This document shows, piece after piece, positions 25,773-37,940 of a stretch of DNA of 64,000 nt. The stretch is from the NCBI GenBank assembly GCA_030704615.1, contig CM060731.1:93310001-93374000 (forward strand). Reading direction: 5' to 3'. Source of the stretch: Takakia lepidozioides. Lineage: Eukaryota > Plantae > Bryophyta. Under the pieces are notes generated by a model. It was not told the DNA's origin. It made no database searches and saw only the letters and a program-made list of their open reading frames with translations. Each line of letters opens with the position of its first letter. Position 1 is the first letter of the stretch. The position numbers were made by a program, and so were the translations under genes.

Positions 25773-28700
25773 ATGGCTCCGAATTCCTACGCTATAGTTT
25801 GCTGTCCTCCGCAACTTGGGAGAGCCTGGATCCCAAACGAGGGAGGACTTTGCAGAGTGACTGAAACTTACCTTTGTTCCAAATTCAAGCTCAAACCGGG
25901 CACAGTTTATTTGGAAGAAGAAAGGAAGGATGTTCCTGGACAGGTTGACGAGACCATTGTCGTGCTAGGTAACGACGGAGGTTGCGGAATCGAATGGCAC
26001 GTTCCCCCGTCAGACACCATCCTGTACCGAGCTGGAATGCCCATTCCCTTTCCGAATCAGTCGCTGCCCACACCATCCACAAAGGAGTCCGGAAACCGAG
26101 AGGCGGCCACTGCCAACAGAGAGGTATGCAACGATAATCATTCCCGACCTGGACCGTCAAGACCCTCCATAGCTTCTCGTGTGGACGTATTCGACATTTC
26201 CGACGAGGAAGATGATTGCATTGAGGTACCCATGTCCTCCACACGGTCGTTCAAATCCGGCATGGACGTCTCTGTAGGTGCTACGAATGTGCCCTCGAGC
26301 ATAACTCCAACCCGGTCCATTGTGCAGCTCCTACGACAACATCACCTCGATGGTTCTCGCTCCGAGCTGGCTGCTCTCGACTATGCCAAATTCCCAGTCA
26401 GAAAGGTAACGTTTCTGCCTCCCGAAGTCGATGGCAATGTCATCTTCGAGTTTCCACCTGTTTCTTCGTCAAAGAAAGCCTCCGGGATGTTAACAGACAT
26501 GGATCGAAAGCATGACGGACACCCCTGGTGTGTGACGAAGACCAGTAGCACGAAAATTGCTGATGGTGTTCGTGTACGATATGTCCTCTGTGCGGGGAAG
26601 CTGAGGTGCCTCAATCCCACCTGCTTCCACTTTCTCTCCAAAGGAGGGCGGAGAAACGAGACGGATTGGACTGGCACAACGCATCATCCATTCATTGTCT
26701 CCAGCCAAGCTCCTGCGGGTTCTTTCAAGTGTGCACATTGCAAAGAACCACCGACGTGCATGTCCATGTGCAGAGCCAAGCAATACTACGTTATCCATTT
26801 GCTCCCGGACTTGACTAGAGCTTGCATACACGTTGGGGTCCACTGCCACCCCTTGGCGAGAGGCAACATGCGTGAGGCTGTGCAGGAAGCACACGACATC
26901 ATAAAAGAGGAGGTGAAATTGAGCCCCGGAGCCAGACCAAAGCAGATTCAGCTGAAGGCAGCCCACAAGATTGCTCTTGGCAAAATCATGTCTGAAGATG
27001 GTTCCGACCGAGAGCCCTTGACCGAAGACGAGATGCGTGACCTCTTGGAGTCCGTCTCGCACGTTTGTAGTCCGAATGTGCGGAATCACATCGTATCTTG
27101 CAAGCAGGAGTTCGGCAGGGGGTCGGACATGTACTCAATCCTGGAGGTGAAACGAATGACTGGATATGACTACATCCAAGGTAGCAGGTTTCCAGGGCAA
27201 GGCAGCGAATCCGATCGTTGTTACATTTTCAAAATGTCGACGTGTGGGCCTGGGAGTGGAGTCGACTTGGTCACTCGCATGACAACTGGAAACTTGTCGA
27301 ATGCTTGGGTGATGTTTGATCACATCAAGCGAATTACAAACCATCAGTGGGTGACTATGGGTGCGCATGTTTATGACTATCACTCCAAGAGGCTCATGAC
27401 GATTGCAATCTGCGAGATGAAAGGGGAGGACACACAGTCCGAGATGCATCTGTGGGAGGGCATAAACGAGCAGATGGCAAGGGCGGGATTGCCAGAGCCC
27501 AATTTCAGGGGATTCATGGCAGACAACGCTCAGGCCAACTGGGCAGCGGTGCGGCGTGTGTACGGTGAGGACCCCAATGTTCCAATGGAGGGGAAAGAGA
27601 GATCCTGTGGATTCCATTGGATGCAGAGTCTATCCCACTACACTACCAAATTTGTTGCTAGCTCATTCCAGGCTGAACACCGTGTCCTTTGTACGGCGTG
27701 GAAGGATGCACCCACATTTGATGACGCGGAGGTTAAGTTTGCTATCATCGAGGCTTGGTGGAACACGTCAGGTGCAGTGGAGACAACCAATCTGGGAGCA
27801 TTGCACAGCTGGTTGGGGTGGTGGCATTTTCGGTATCGACAGTTCGGACAGTACATGCGGGAGGTAGGCTGCTGTCAATTTCGTTCATTTGTCTTTCTGT
27901 TACGGACATTTCGATTGGTCCCTCACCATTGTTTGTGTCCTTCTAGGAGCGGTGCTTGGATTCCGACACGGACATGCCGAACACGAATATGGCAGAATCG
28001 GTCCACTCCTCCTGGCGAGCGTCTTCTGCCGCACATCTGGTGGACGTAGTGACGGCCACAACGGAGGACATCGACAGAGCAATCATGCAGCAAGCCACGT
28101 ACTACAAGTTCCTGAGCGGCAAACAATGGGGCTTTGGGCCGGACAGGGAGGAATTGTTGGTACGAACAGCTTCGAGGTCCAAGAATCCAGTGAAATGGGC
28201 GACAGCATTGCGAGAGAAGATCAAAGGGACGCCTCTGCACCGCAGAGGTGAACACCTAGAGGGGGACGTCCGGACTCGCCCTGTCAGGCGGAGGATTGAA
28301 GAGGAACCCGGGTGCGAAGAGGATTCCTGGAGATCCGACAGGAACATTCGGACAGCACCTCGAGGTCCCGTCATGTTGCCGCACAATGTGTCTTCCAGCA
28401 GTGGAAGCCCAAGAAATTCCAGATCGCCGTCGCCTTCAACCGGGGATTTCGTGCAACAAATTCCCACCGCTCCCTTGCCCCACATTCCGCCCGCTGTTAT
28501 GCAGTATGGCCAAGCCATTGTGGAGACGACTGTGTCTGCATCACAGTGGAGAATTGCTCGCACAAAGCCGTCGTTTCGAGGAAGGTGTTCCGCAATTCGT
28601 GTGGATACACGGCAACGTTGTTTAGAGATGATAAGGAGGAATCCAGATGGGGCTGTCCCTGCTCCTACTTTTACAGGAAGATTTGTCCATGCAAAGTTTG

Positions 28701-29377
28701 CGGAGGCGACAACCACCCAGTTCTGGTTCTGCAGGCACGACATTATGACTTGCGTGTATGGAAAGCCCAAGTACGGCATACAAACAATGCCAGAGGCTCC
28801 CCCGGTGTGGCCGGTGGAACCAGGCTGCGATCTGAGTCAGGTTGAGGCCGACGCCCTTACCGCCGCAGGATTTCGGATGGTGCAGCGCACTGACGTCCCC
28901 AGAGAACCATTTCCGCTTCCACAGCCTCCACCACCGACCCCTGTGAGAGCAAGAACAATGGGACACGACAGCTCTAAGCATCCTACACACCGTTGGGGGA
29001 AACCGAAGAGGCGGCGACCTCCCTCAAAAGTGAACGAGACAAGGATGGGGAATGCACTTCGGATGAACTGTACAATCCAGAGCTCGACAGAAGTGCCCCC
29101 ACCAGGATTCGGGCGTGTGTATCAAATGGCCACGGCGGGCTCAGCTGTTCGCAATGAGGTGTACACCATCACCATTTCAGAATTACCCACCTGCAATTGC
29201 ACCGACTTCCAGATCATGGCGAACAAGGGGGCATCATACTGCCCTTGCAAGCATTTGTACTACGTGTACCTAAAGAGACTCCGTTGTAATTCCACAACTC
29301 ATCACTTCATACATGCACCAGGGTTGAGCCCCCAGGAGGTTGACACTCTTCTGAATATGGATCCAGGGGACCAGTGA
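25773..29377 (+). CDS. Element A transposase: GCM-like Zn domain, MULE-type DDE with CxxH, C-terminal SWIM (exons 25773-27863 and 27947-29377, ~1170 aa, apparently intact)
   Basis: HDGHPW..CAGKLRCLNPTC..CAHC..C..HVGVHCHP; WVMFDH, FMADNAQA, CGFHW, TNMAES; CNCTDF..CKH; in-frame GT-AG intron at the same position as in transposase B. Confidence 0.85.
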
Positions 29378-30120
29378 GCTTGGCTTGCGGTCCACATACA
29401 ATGGTACGCCCATCCTTTTCGGATAGTAGAACTGTACTGCTGCCAGTACCTCAGACTCTGGCCACACAAAGGTCCGACATATGTCTTGCCTACCAGTAAC
29501 CTGTTTTGCTCGAACTAAGATATTACTATATCGTTCACTTGTTTCCACGTGCATGTATTTTTGTATGTTGGAGGGTTCATGTTTTTCTGCTTTCCGAAAA
29601 CTTGCTTTCCTCATTCGACCTCCGACAAGGAAATGCGGCGCCGCATTTCCAAGTATCGTCGTAGGTACCCCCAGAGGCGGCCTTCGCCAACACCAAACCG
29701 TTCCGAAATTTCGCACATGCGAACCCTAATGCGGCACCCTATTTCTCAGTTCAGTTGCAAACCTTTCCCGCCGAATACCCGAAGAAGACAGAATTGTGAA
29801 GTACTGCAGACTGTATTGGTGCAGACTCCATTGGTTCAATCGCGGCAAAAGGGTCAGCTTCATTCCAATGTTAAGGCATGTAAAACCGCGGAATACTCTA
29901 TACAGGCCAGTATGCGACGTCCTTTTGCAGTGGTATACTGGATTTCCCGTTGCACGGTCACTTATTTCCATGAGCGGATCTAAAAAACCATGAGCGGACT
30001 TGTTACTGACGACATATCTTTGCCGCATTACATGATCTGGAACGTCCAAAAACGGCAAGGTCAAATAAAAAACTATTATTTTAATACTTGTTTAATCTGC
30101 CGCATTTCCAAATTTGGAGG

Positions 30121-30228
30121 AGTCCGCTCATGAAATCCGCGTATCTTAGACTTCGTCTCACCGCTCATGCGGCTCATGCGGCTCATGGCTCATGGCTCAT
30201 GGTTTCTGCTCATGAAATAGTAAACCTC
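30121..30228 (-). repeat. Right TIR of element A with GCTCATG repeats
   Basis: Imperfect inverted match to 14740-14822. Confidence 0.85.
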
Positions 30229-30236
30229 GTTGCAGG

Positions 30237-32070
30237 TGCTCCTCTTGCAACTCCAATTTTATGGAATTTTTTGTGTGTCGTCAAAGGGACTGGGTCCAAT
30301 GAAAGAGGCAAGTGCATTCCCGGGCTTGCATTGGTATTTTTGGGTCACCAAAGCTAAACACAATCCGCACAACATTCCAATTAGCTTGTGCGTTGTCTGC
30401 CATGAACCCTGTGAAATTTGCATCTGGCAAACCATGAACTCTCATGACGTTAACTACAGCCTTCCACATAAGAATTTGGGACTCTGTGTCCTACGACTGC
30501 ATGTCACAAACAGCAATAGTCATAACTCGCTGGTACGTAGGATCATACACATGACAGGCCATGGTCGTCCAATCCTTCACTGGCTTCACGTGATCAAACA
30601 TTACCCAGGACTTATGAAGATTACCCCCGGCCTGCATTCTACGCACCAGGCTTACTCCAGAATCCTCCGCAACTGTGGCATCTTGAACAAGTATACTTTT
30701 TGGGACCCCTGTCCTGGGAAAACACTGTCCTGGATGAAGTCGTATCGACTTTTGCGCTTCAATTCTAGGATGATATCTACGTATCATTTGTTGCCTGCCC
30801 CAGTCCTAAGGACGTTGATTTGATAACGAGCATTTGGAAAAGCCAATGTTGAGAAATGGTCCATCACAAAGTCAAGCGATGCACTATCAAACTTAGTCGT
30901 TGTCTCGTCTGATTCCCCCAGCAGATATTTTTGCAGGAAGCCTTTGCTTGCTGCCATAGCAATGGCTGATGGTGATGCAGTGGGAGCATTTTGAAATTCT
31001 TGTTGAAGCAGCGAACGCACTGTCTCAACACTCTCCCTGCAATCTCCTCGCAACACTGGATGTGCATGGGTGCCAAAATGGATACAAGCCCGTGTGAGGT
31101 GGTTGATACGGTGTAGCACGTAGTACATCCGTGCATTGCATTCCGCCATGCAGTGTGGCACGACTTTACAAAACTTGCAAATGACGGAACTGCTCTTTGG
31201 AGGAGCACACCCTACTTGAAATGGGTTTTCGCAGACTCCTTCCCACTCCGTCTCATTTTCCACACCGGCCATTTGGAAATGCTGGCAATCCGAATTTGCA
31301 CAACGCAAGGGCCCAGCGCAAATGGATCTCTGAAACTTCAGGCCATGCGGATTGCAGATATTGGAAGTTTTAGTCCGACACCATGGGTGTCCATTGTGTT
31401 TCTTGTCCATGCCCGCCATGAGTCCAGCCAAACCTCCACATGACGTCGGAGGTGGCAGTTCAAAAACGATGTCTCCATCAAAATCAGCAGGTAGAAATTT
31501 CACTCTTTGGATCCGTTGTGTTTCCCAAACAATGCCTCTCACATCACTCTTGCATCCTGGCAACCCTCTCAACAACTGCAACTTAGGAATGACACTAATG
31601 ATCTCCTGGACATCGGGGTCTACCCGTATAGGAGGGTTCGTAGGAAGAGGGACCTCCGTGATATCGTCTTATGATCTGTCGGAGAGGTCGACAAATGTCG
31701 TGGAGGTAGTTTCTTCTGTCTTGATGGGGACCGATTTTGGCGCATGCGCCACCAAAGCTGCTGTTCCGGGCGTGAGTATAGTGTCCAATGAAAGGCGTCT
31801 CTGATCTCCATGAACGCGGTACTTGGCGGGTGGAACTCTCCACTCTCTACGACCATCCCGTTTATGCGGCTTCTGAACATGTGTTCCCTCGACCTTCCCA
31901 CTACTATTGTATATCCCTCTGACCACATGGACAGTTCCTGGCTCAAAGCGGAATGTTATGCAAATCAAATCCTCCTCAACAACGGTCAGGCCATTGTCGT
32001 CGGCCACGGTGCTCAGGTACTCGGCTTGCAGAGGGCAGTACAATATTACCACATCTGAGTTGGGAGACAT
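30237..32070 (-). pseudogene. Element B transposase, 5' half
   Basis: MSPNS.., HNGHPWCRTKTS, HFGTHAHP, WVMFDH, FMADNAQANW, CLFHW; stops and frameshifts. Confidence 0.88.
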
Positions 32071-32446
32071 TGCGTGCATGGACTGGGATCAGGCACGCTG
32101 GACAATGTGGGGCGACTCCTCTTTTGTGTTCATACTATTTAGCTTTGTACTTTCTCCTTTCCATCATTCTCATGATAATCATGCAGCATTTTGCCGCCAT
32201 AGAAACAGTTGAGCAGAATTAAGAATTATGAGGGTGCGTTCAATTTTCTGACAATGACCCCTACAACAGATCGCGGTATTTATGACTGTATATATGACTA
32301 TTCTACAGTCATAAACGGTACACATGACTTCTATGACTATAAGTCGTGCAAACCAAGTGAATACAATGAGTACAGGATGGTACGGTCCGGATGAGTACAG
32401 TCAGATGAACCAAGTGATATCTCTCACTGCAGTCATATATACCATA

Positions 32447-35060
32447 TGTCACGGACATAGCCCAAAGGAACTTACCAGGAGTAAATACCAAAAGTTACCA
32501 AGTTACCATGTTACCGGTAGTTACCATGATTTATCATAATTTACTATGATCTACCATGATTTACCATTACTTACCAAGTTACCGGGAGTTTACCAAATTA
32601 CCAAGAGTAATTTGGGAAACTGCTCAGGAAGCTTCATTTGGAGGAAACTTCTCCATCAAGATACCTCATTTGTTTAAGGAAGCTTTTCCATCAAGAAACC
32701 TTTGTTTAATCTTGGAAACTTCTCCAGCAAGAAACCTCCATAGGGGGAAGCTTCTTAGTAACCAGTATATATAGGAGGTGGGACTGGACACTCTTCAGTC
32801 TCGCCAACACAAGTTCAAGCTACTCTTGTTCTCAGTCCCAGTACTCCAGTCCAGCTTCCAGTACTCTAGCCCAGTTTCCAGTATCTGTTACCCCAGTCCA
32901 GTTTCCAGCATTCCAGTATTCGAGTCGAGTTCCAGTAGCTTGTACTCTTGTCCATTGTTATAAAGTTCATCTTGATTCATGTTTAACCATCATGCATTCA
33001 GCCACACCGACCTTGACTTCTTGTCTAGTCTTGTACCTCGAGTCTGATATCTTGTTTGTGTTCAGTCATGTTCTCGTCCTTGATAGTTTGGCGAGACTAA
33101 AGTTTGTTCCTTAGTTAGTTAAGATGGAAGACACATTTGCAAATGGTCGCCACATTGCAGAGTCTTCAGCTCCAGATGCAAGAACTTCGTGCCTCTACTG
33201 CCCAACTACAAGCTGAGCAGTCTCAAGACCTTGGCAATGCTCTCAATAATTTGCAACAACAAATTTCAGAGTTGAAGGAGTCGAACAATGGATCTTCAAC
33301 CTTACGAGTCTCTACTACAACAAATCATACTACAACGGTTCCTCCAAATCTTCAACAGATTACAAGGGAACCAAAGGTCAGCATGCCCAAGAAATTTGAT
33401 GGGACGAGATCAAGATTTCGCGGTTTTGTTCAACAAGTACGATTGTTCCTACGACTACATCCACAACGCTACTCTGATGAAGGTATTCAAGTGGGATTCG
33501 TGGGCACCATTCTATCAGACATTGCCCTATCTTGGTTTGCACCGCTATTAGAGAAAAATCCGCATTTACTATACAATTTTGAAGCGTTCATGTCCGAGTT
33601 CACTGCAACGTTTGGAGAGAATGATAGAGAGAGAATTGCATAGACAAAGATACGAAATCTTCGACAATGAGCACGTCCAGCTTCCGTTTAATGCTGTCGA
33701 ATTTTGACAACTTGCGTGCGACCTCGACTGGAATGAGAAGAGCCTCATTAGTCAGTTTCGATGTGGCCTAAAAGATGATGTTAAAGATTTGTTGCTGACA
33801 ATGCCAAACGTGAGTACACTGAGCGAATTCATCATCCAAGTCATTGCATGCGATAATCGTTTGTTCGAAAGACGTCAAAAGAAGCGATCTGGATGGTCGA
33901 CGACGCACCATGCCGCTGCTACTACGGCACCGAATACAACGATCCATCAGCCATCCGGTAATGATCCTATGCAGATTGATGCTGTCCCAAGAAAAAAAAG
34001 AAGACGCTCTCGAAGGAATTATGCCTTTATTGCGGAGAAGATGATCACATGCATTAAACGGGCCAACAAACAGAAGATTCAAAGCTCGGGGGCACAACTC
34101 AAGTGTTCGATACGAGGAGATTGGAAAATGAAGATGTCCAGTCACAGTAGGGACCATGCGGCTGGACACTCCAAATTCCTCAAAAAAAACAGGTTTTTTC
34201 TACCTCCAGACCTTGTCTACCTTGTTTCACAGTTCCAGTAAAGATCAGGGATGCAAATCGAGATATCTCGTAGAAGCACTTTTGGACTCGGGCGCTTCAG
34301 CGTATTTTATTGACAAAGATTTTGCGAAGCAACACAATTTAACGCTCGTAAGAAAGAAATTATCGGCCCCTGTTGAAGTCATCGATAGACGACCATTAGC
34401 ATCAGGAAATGTTAACCATGAAACTCGACCCCTTGAAGTGAAGCTTAAAAATCTAGCATCACAGATTGTTTTAAATGTCATCCAGTCTCCAACGAATCAT
34501 GTGATACTTGGACTTCCCTGGTTTGTACTTTCATAATCCTGATCTGACATCGACTGGCGATCACGAAAATTTTCGGCAAGACAAAAATGCAAAAATACCA
34601 AAGGTATTAACCCCTGTTTCTTGAGCTAGAGCCTTCATGAGAGCTACGAAGAAAGACGCGACATTTGCACTTTATGCGACTCCGATCAAAACCACAACAG
34701 ACCAAGGTACTTCGACATTACCCACTCAATATCAAGATTTCAATGATGTTTTCGAGAAGAAAAATGCAGACATGTTGCCAAAACATCGACCTTATGATTG
34801 TGCAATTGAGTTGCAAGAATGAGCTCAACCACCATTCGGCCCGATCTACAATTTATCTCAGACGGAGCTGGCTGCTTTAAGCGAATACATTGATGAAAAT
34901 TTGTCAAAGAATTTCATTCAACATTCGAAATCACCCGCGGGAGCACCTATCTTATTTGTGAAGAAGAAGGACGGATCGTTACGCATGTGTGTGGACTATC
35001 GTGGGCTCAACAAAGTCACTATAAAAAATCGTTACCCACTACCGCTGATTTTCAGACTCC
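32447..35060 (+). mobile_element. 3'-truncated Ty3/gypsy chromovirus (Tf1/Tcn1-like): 5' LTR 32447-33085, gag, protease, RT start
   Basis: LTR TGTCACGGAC...GTCCTTGATA; PKKFDGTRSRFRGF gag; LLDSGA; [27 protein letters not shown]; many stops. Confidence 0.9.
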
Positions 35061-35544
35061 GAAGTCCCATTGACAACGTGACTTGTATTCAGAAGGCACA
35101 GGGCTAAAGATTTGTTTGCACAATCAGCACAGTAGACGTGCTTCAAATGCAATTCATGTGGATCAATAAAAACCCCATTGTGCCCTCTTTTTGTTCTATT
35201 CTGTATCCATCGTTCCCAGAATGCATCATTCCTCATTTCGTTTGGGATTGGGAATGTGGGTGGATTTTGCAAGTGGCTGGTAGGCTGAAATGGGCCCCCA
35301 TTGTACAGAGCAGTACCACCCTACCATTCGCGAAACATTGCCTTTCAATATGTAATTCTAAAAAACATTGCCGAACCTCCTTCATCGGGAGGTCCTTCTC
35401 CCCCTATGACCGTGACACCCTAAACCCTATTCCCGTGGACACTCATTTCCGGAAAATAGTCCTGCTCATGTTTTTTTTGACACTTACGACTCTGCTCATG
35501 GCTCATGTCGCTCATGGCTCATGGCTCATGAAATAGCACCCCCC
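35061..35544 (-). mobile_element. Isolated left-end fragment of an element A-family copy
   Basis: Reverse complement of ~14740-15222, ending GAAATAGCACCCCCC. Confidence 0.9.
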
Positions 35545-35595
35545 AATCCATGCTCCGGTAAGTTGGGAATTTGCTCCCGTGTTGCACTGTTCTCA

Positions 35596-36159
35596 CTAAG
35601 AAGCTGGAACCTCGATTGGCCTCTCAACAAGTTCATGACTAACAGGGTGTCGGTAGGTGAAGACAATGGATGCAGCCCGTTCGCCTTTGGTGTAGTGGAC
35701 AACGGTGTCATGTCCTCCGATATATGCACCATCGTAAATCGAGATCTTTGTTGTGGAGACTCTGTGTCCATAGGACTCATCCTCGTAGCTTATGAGAATG
35801 TCCCCATACACTGTTTGCGATGGAATCCTCTCTGGCATGTACGTACACCCGATGCAATCCTCATAGGCCCACTGGCAGCACCTCCAATGATGTAGGAAGG
35901 CCGTGCGGCTTTTGGGGATGTTCCATGCTGGCGGAAACTGCAGATCAACGATTCGCAGGCACCAAAGCCGCGCAAGTCCGTCTCGGCAAGGCTGATCGTG
36001 GAGACCAGGAAGGTACTCAAGAGCGGACAGGTGCACCCTCCTCTGCTGAGAGTGGTCTATCCAATCCTGCAAGAATATGAAAATATCCCCTGACTTGGGC
36101 GAGAAGACCCACGGGGTGAGATGCTTGTTTGGGCAGTTGCTGGGATCCCGACACGCCAT
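35596..36159 (-). CDS. Unknown protein X3 (187 aa), diverged homolog of X1/X2 from another subfamily
   Basis: MACRDPSNCP..SGDIF..EY..RTAFLHHWRCCQW..YGDI..YDGAYIGGHDTVV..ELVERPIEVP. Confidence 0.75.
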   Translation of the reverse strand: MACRDPSNCPNKHLTPWVFSPKSGDIFIFLQDWIDHSQQRRVHLSALEYLPGLHDQPCRDGLARLWCLRIVDLQFPPAWNIPKSRTAFLHHWRCCQWAYEDCIGCTYMPERIPSQTVYGDILISYEDESYGHRVSTTKISIYDGAYIGGHDTVVHYTKGERAASIVFTYRHPVSHELVERPIEVPAS

Positions 36160-36389
36160 CGCTGACTATTGAAAGGGCTACCAGGAAGCAGAGAGGGTGC
36201 ACAGGGAAGGGGGAGTGTGGGGAAGCTGAAGTGAGAGGAGCTCGGAGCGAGCAAGTGTTGTTGCTGTCTCGGTTTGAAACGCATGGGTCACGAGCGAAGG
36301 TCGGGCAAGTGGCAGAAAAAGAGCAACATTTAATATAGCCGTACCCAGGAATGAGGGGCAGAATTTAATTTGACATGGCGTCAAATCGG

Positions 36390-37940
36390 AGGGTGACGAC
36401 ACCTGGCCGATAGAGAACATCCCACGGATGGAAAAATGGCGCCGAATTTCCATACGAGGCCCGTCGGATGAAGTTGTCTCGGGGGGAGAGGCCGACACCC
36501 GGCCGACAGAGAACATCCCTCAGATGGAAAAACGGCGCCGATCTCCATCCGAGGCCGTTCGGATGAAGTTGTCTCGGGGGGAGAGGCCGACACCTGGCCT
36601 ACAAAGAATATCCCCCGGATGGAAAATTGGCGCCGAATTTCCATATGAGGCCTGTCGGATGAAGTCGTCTCGGGGGGAGAGGCCGACACCTGGCCGACAG
36701 AGAATATCCCTTGGATGGAAAAATGGTGGCGAATTTCCATCCGAGGCCATTCGGATGAAGTTGTCTCGGGGGGAGAGGCCAACACCAGGCCGACAGAGAA
36801 CATCCCCCGGATTGAGAAACGGCGCCGAATTTCCATACGAGGCCCGTCGGATGAAGTCGTCTCGGGGGGAGAGGCCGACACCTGCCCGTCAGAGAACATC
36901 CCTCGGATGGAAAAACGGCGCCGAATTTCCATCCGAGGTCGTTCGGGCGAAGTCGTCTCGTGGGGAGAAGCCGACACCTGGCCGACAGAGAACATCCCCC
37001 GGATGGAAAAACGGCACCGAATTTCCATACGAGGCCCGTCGGATGAAGTCGTCTTGGGGGGAGAGGCCGACACCTGCCCAACAGAGAACATCCCTCGGAT
37101 GGAAAAACGGCGCCAAATTTCCATCCGAGGCCGTTCGGATGAAGTCGTCTCGTGGGGAGAGGATGACACCTGCCTGACAGAGAACATCCCTCGAATGGAA
37201 AAACGGCGCCGAATTTCCATCCGAAGCCGTTCGGATGAAGTCGTCTCGGGGGGAGAGGCCGACACCTGCCCAATAGAGAACATCCCTCGAATGGAAAAAC
37301 GGCACTGAATTTCCATCCGAGGTCGTTCGAGTGAAGTCGTCTCGTGGGGAGAGGCCGACACCTGGCCGACAGAGAACATCCCCCGGATGGAAAAACGGTG
37401 CTGAATTTCCATACGAGGCCCGTCGGATGAAGTCGTCTTGGGGGGAGAGGCCGACACCTGCCCAACGGAGAATATCCCTCGGATGGAAAAACGGCGCCGA
37501 ATTTCCATCCGAGGCCGTTCGGATGAAGTCGTCTCGAGGGGAGAGGACGACACCTGCCCGACAGAGAACATCCCTCGGATGGAAAAACGGCGCCGAATTT
37601 CCATCCGAGGCCGTTCGGATGAAGTCGTCTCGTGGGGAGGACGACACCTGCCCGACAGAGAACATCCCTCGGATGGAAAAACGGCGCCGAATTTCCATCC
37701 GAGGCCATTCGGATGAAGTCGTCTCGTGGGAGAGGACGACACCTGCCCGACAGAGAACATCCCTCGGATGGAAAAATGGCGCCGAATCTCCATCCGAGGC
37801 CGTTTGGATGAAGTTGTCTCGGGGGGAGAGGCCGACACCTGGCCGACAGAGAACATCCCCTGGATAGAAAAACGGCGCCGAATTTCCATACGAGGCCCGT
37901 TGGATGAAGTCGTCTCGGGGGGAGAGGCCGACACCTGCCC
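36390..37940. repeat. 96-bp tandem repeat (~16 units) containing variant palindrome GGATGGAAAAACGGCGCCGAATTTCCATCC
   Basis: Cores at 36438,36534,36629,36725,36821,36917... Confidence 0.95.

Larger units (their letters stand above)
14740..30228 (+). mobile_element. Element A: complete 15.5-kb Mutator-like DNA transposon with cargo genes
   Basis: Termini GGGGGCTGCTATTTCATGAGC and GCTCATGAAATAGTAAACCTC; GTTGCAGG duplicated at 14732-14739 and 30229-30236; removing it rejoins the transposase B frame (EEHLQLCHLYKDA). Confidence 0.92.

Noticed and set aside
25557-28049. 830-aa ORF as the complete transposase
   Set aside because: It reads through an intron at 27864; homology with transposase B supports a start at 25773 and splicing to 27947
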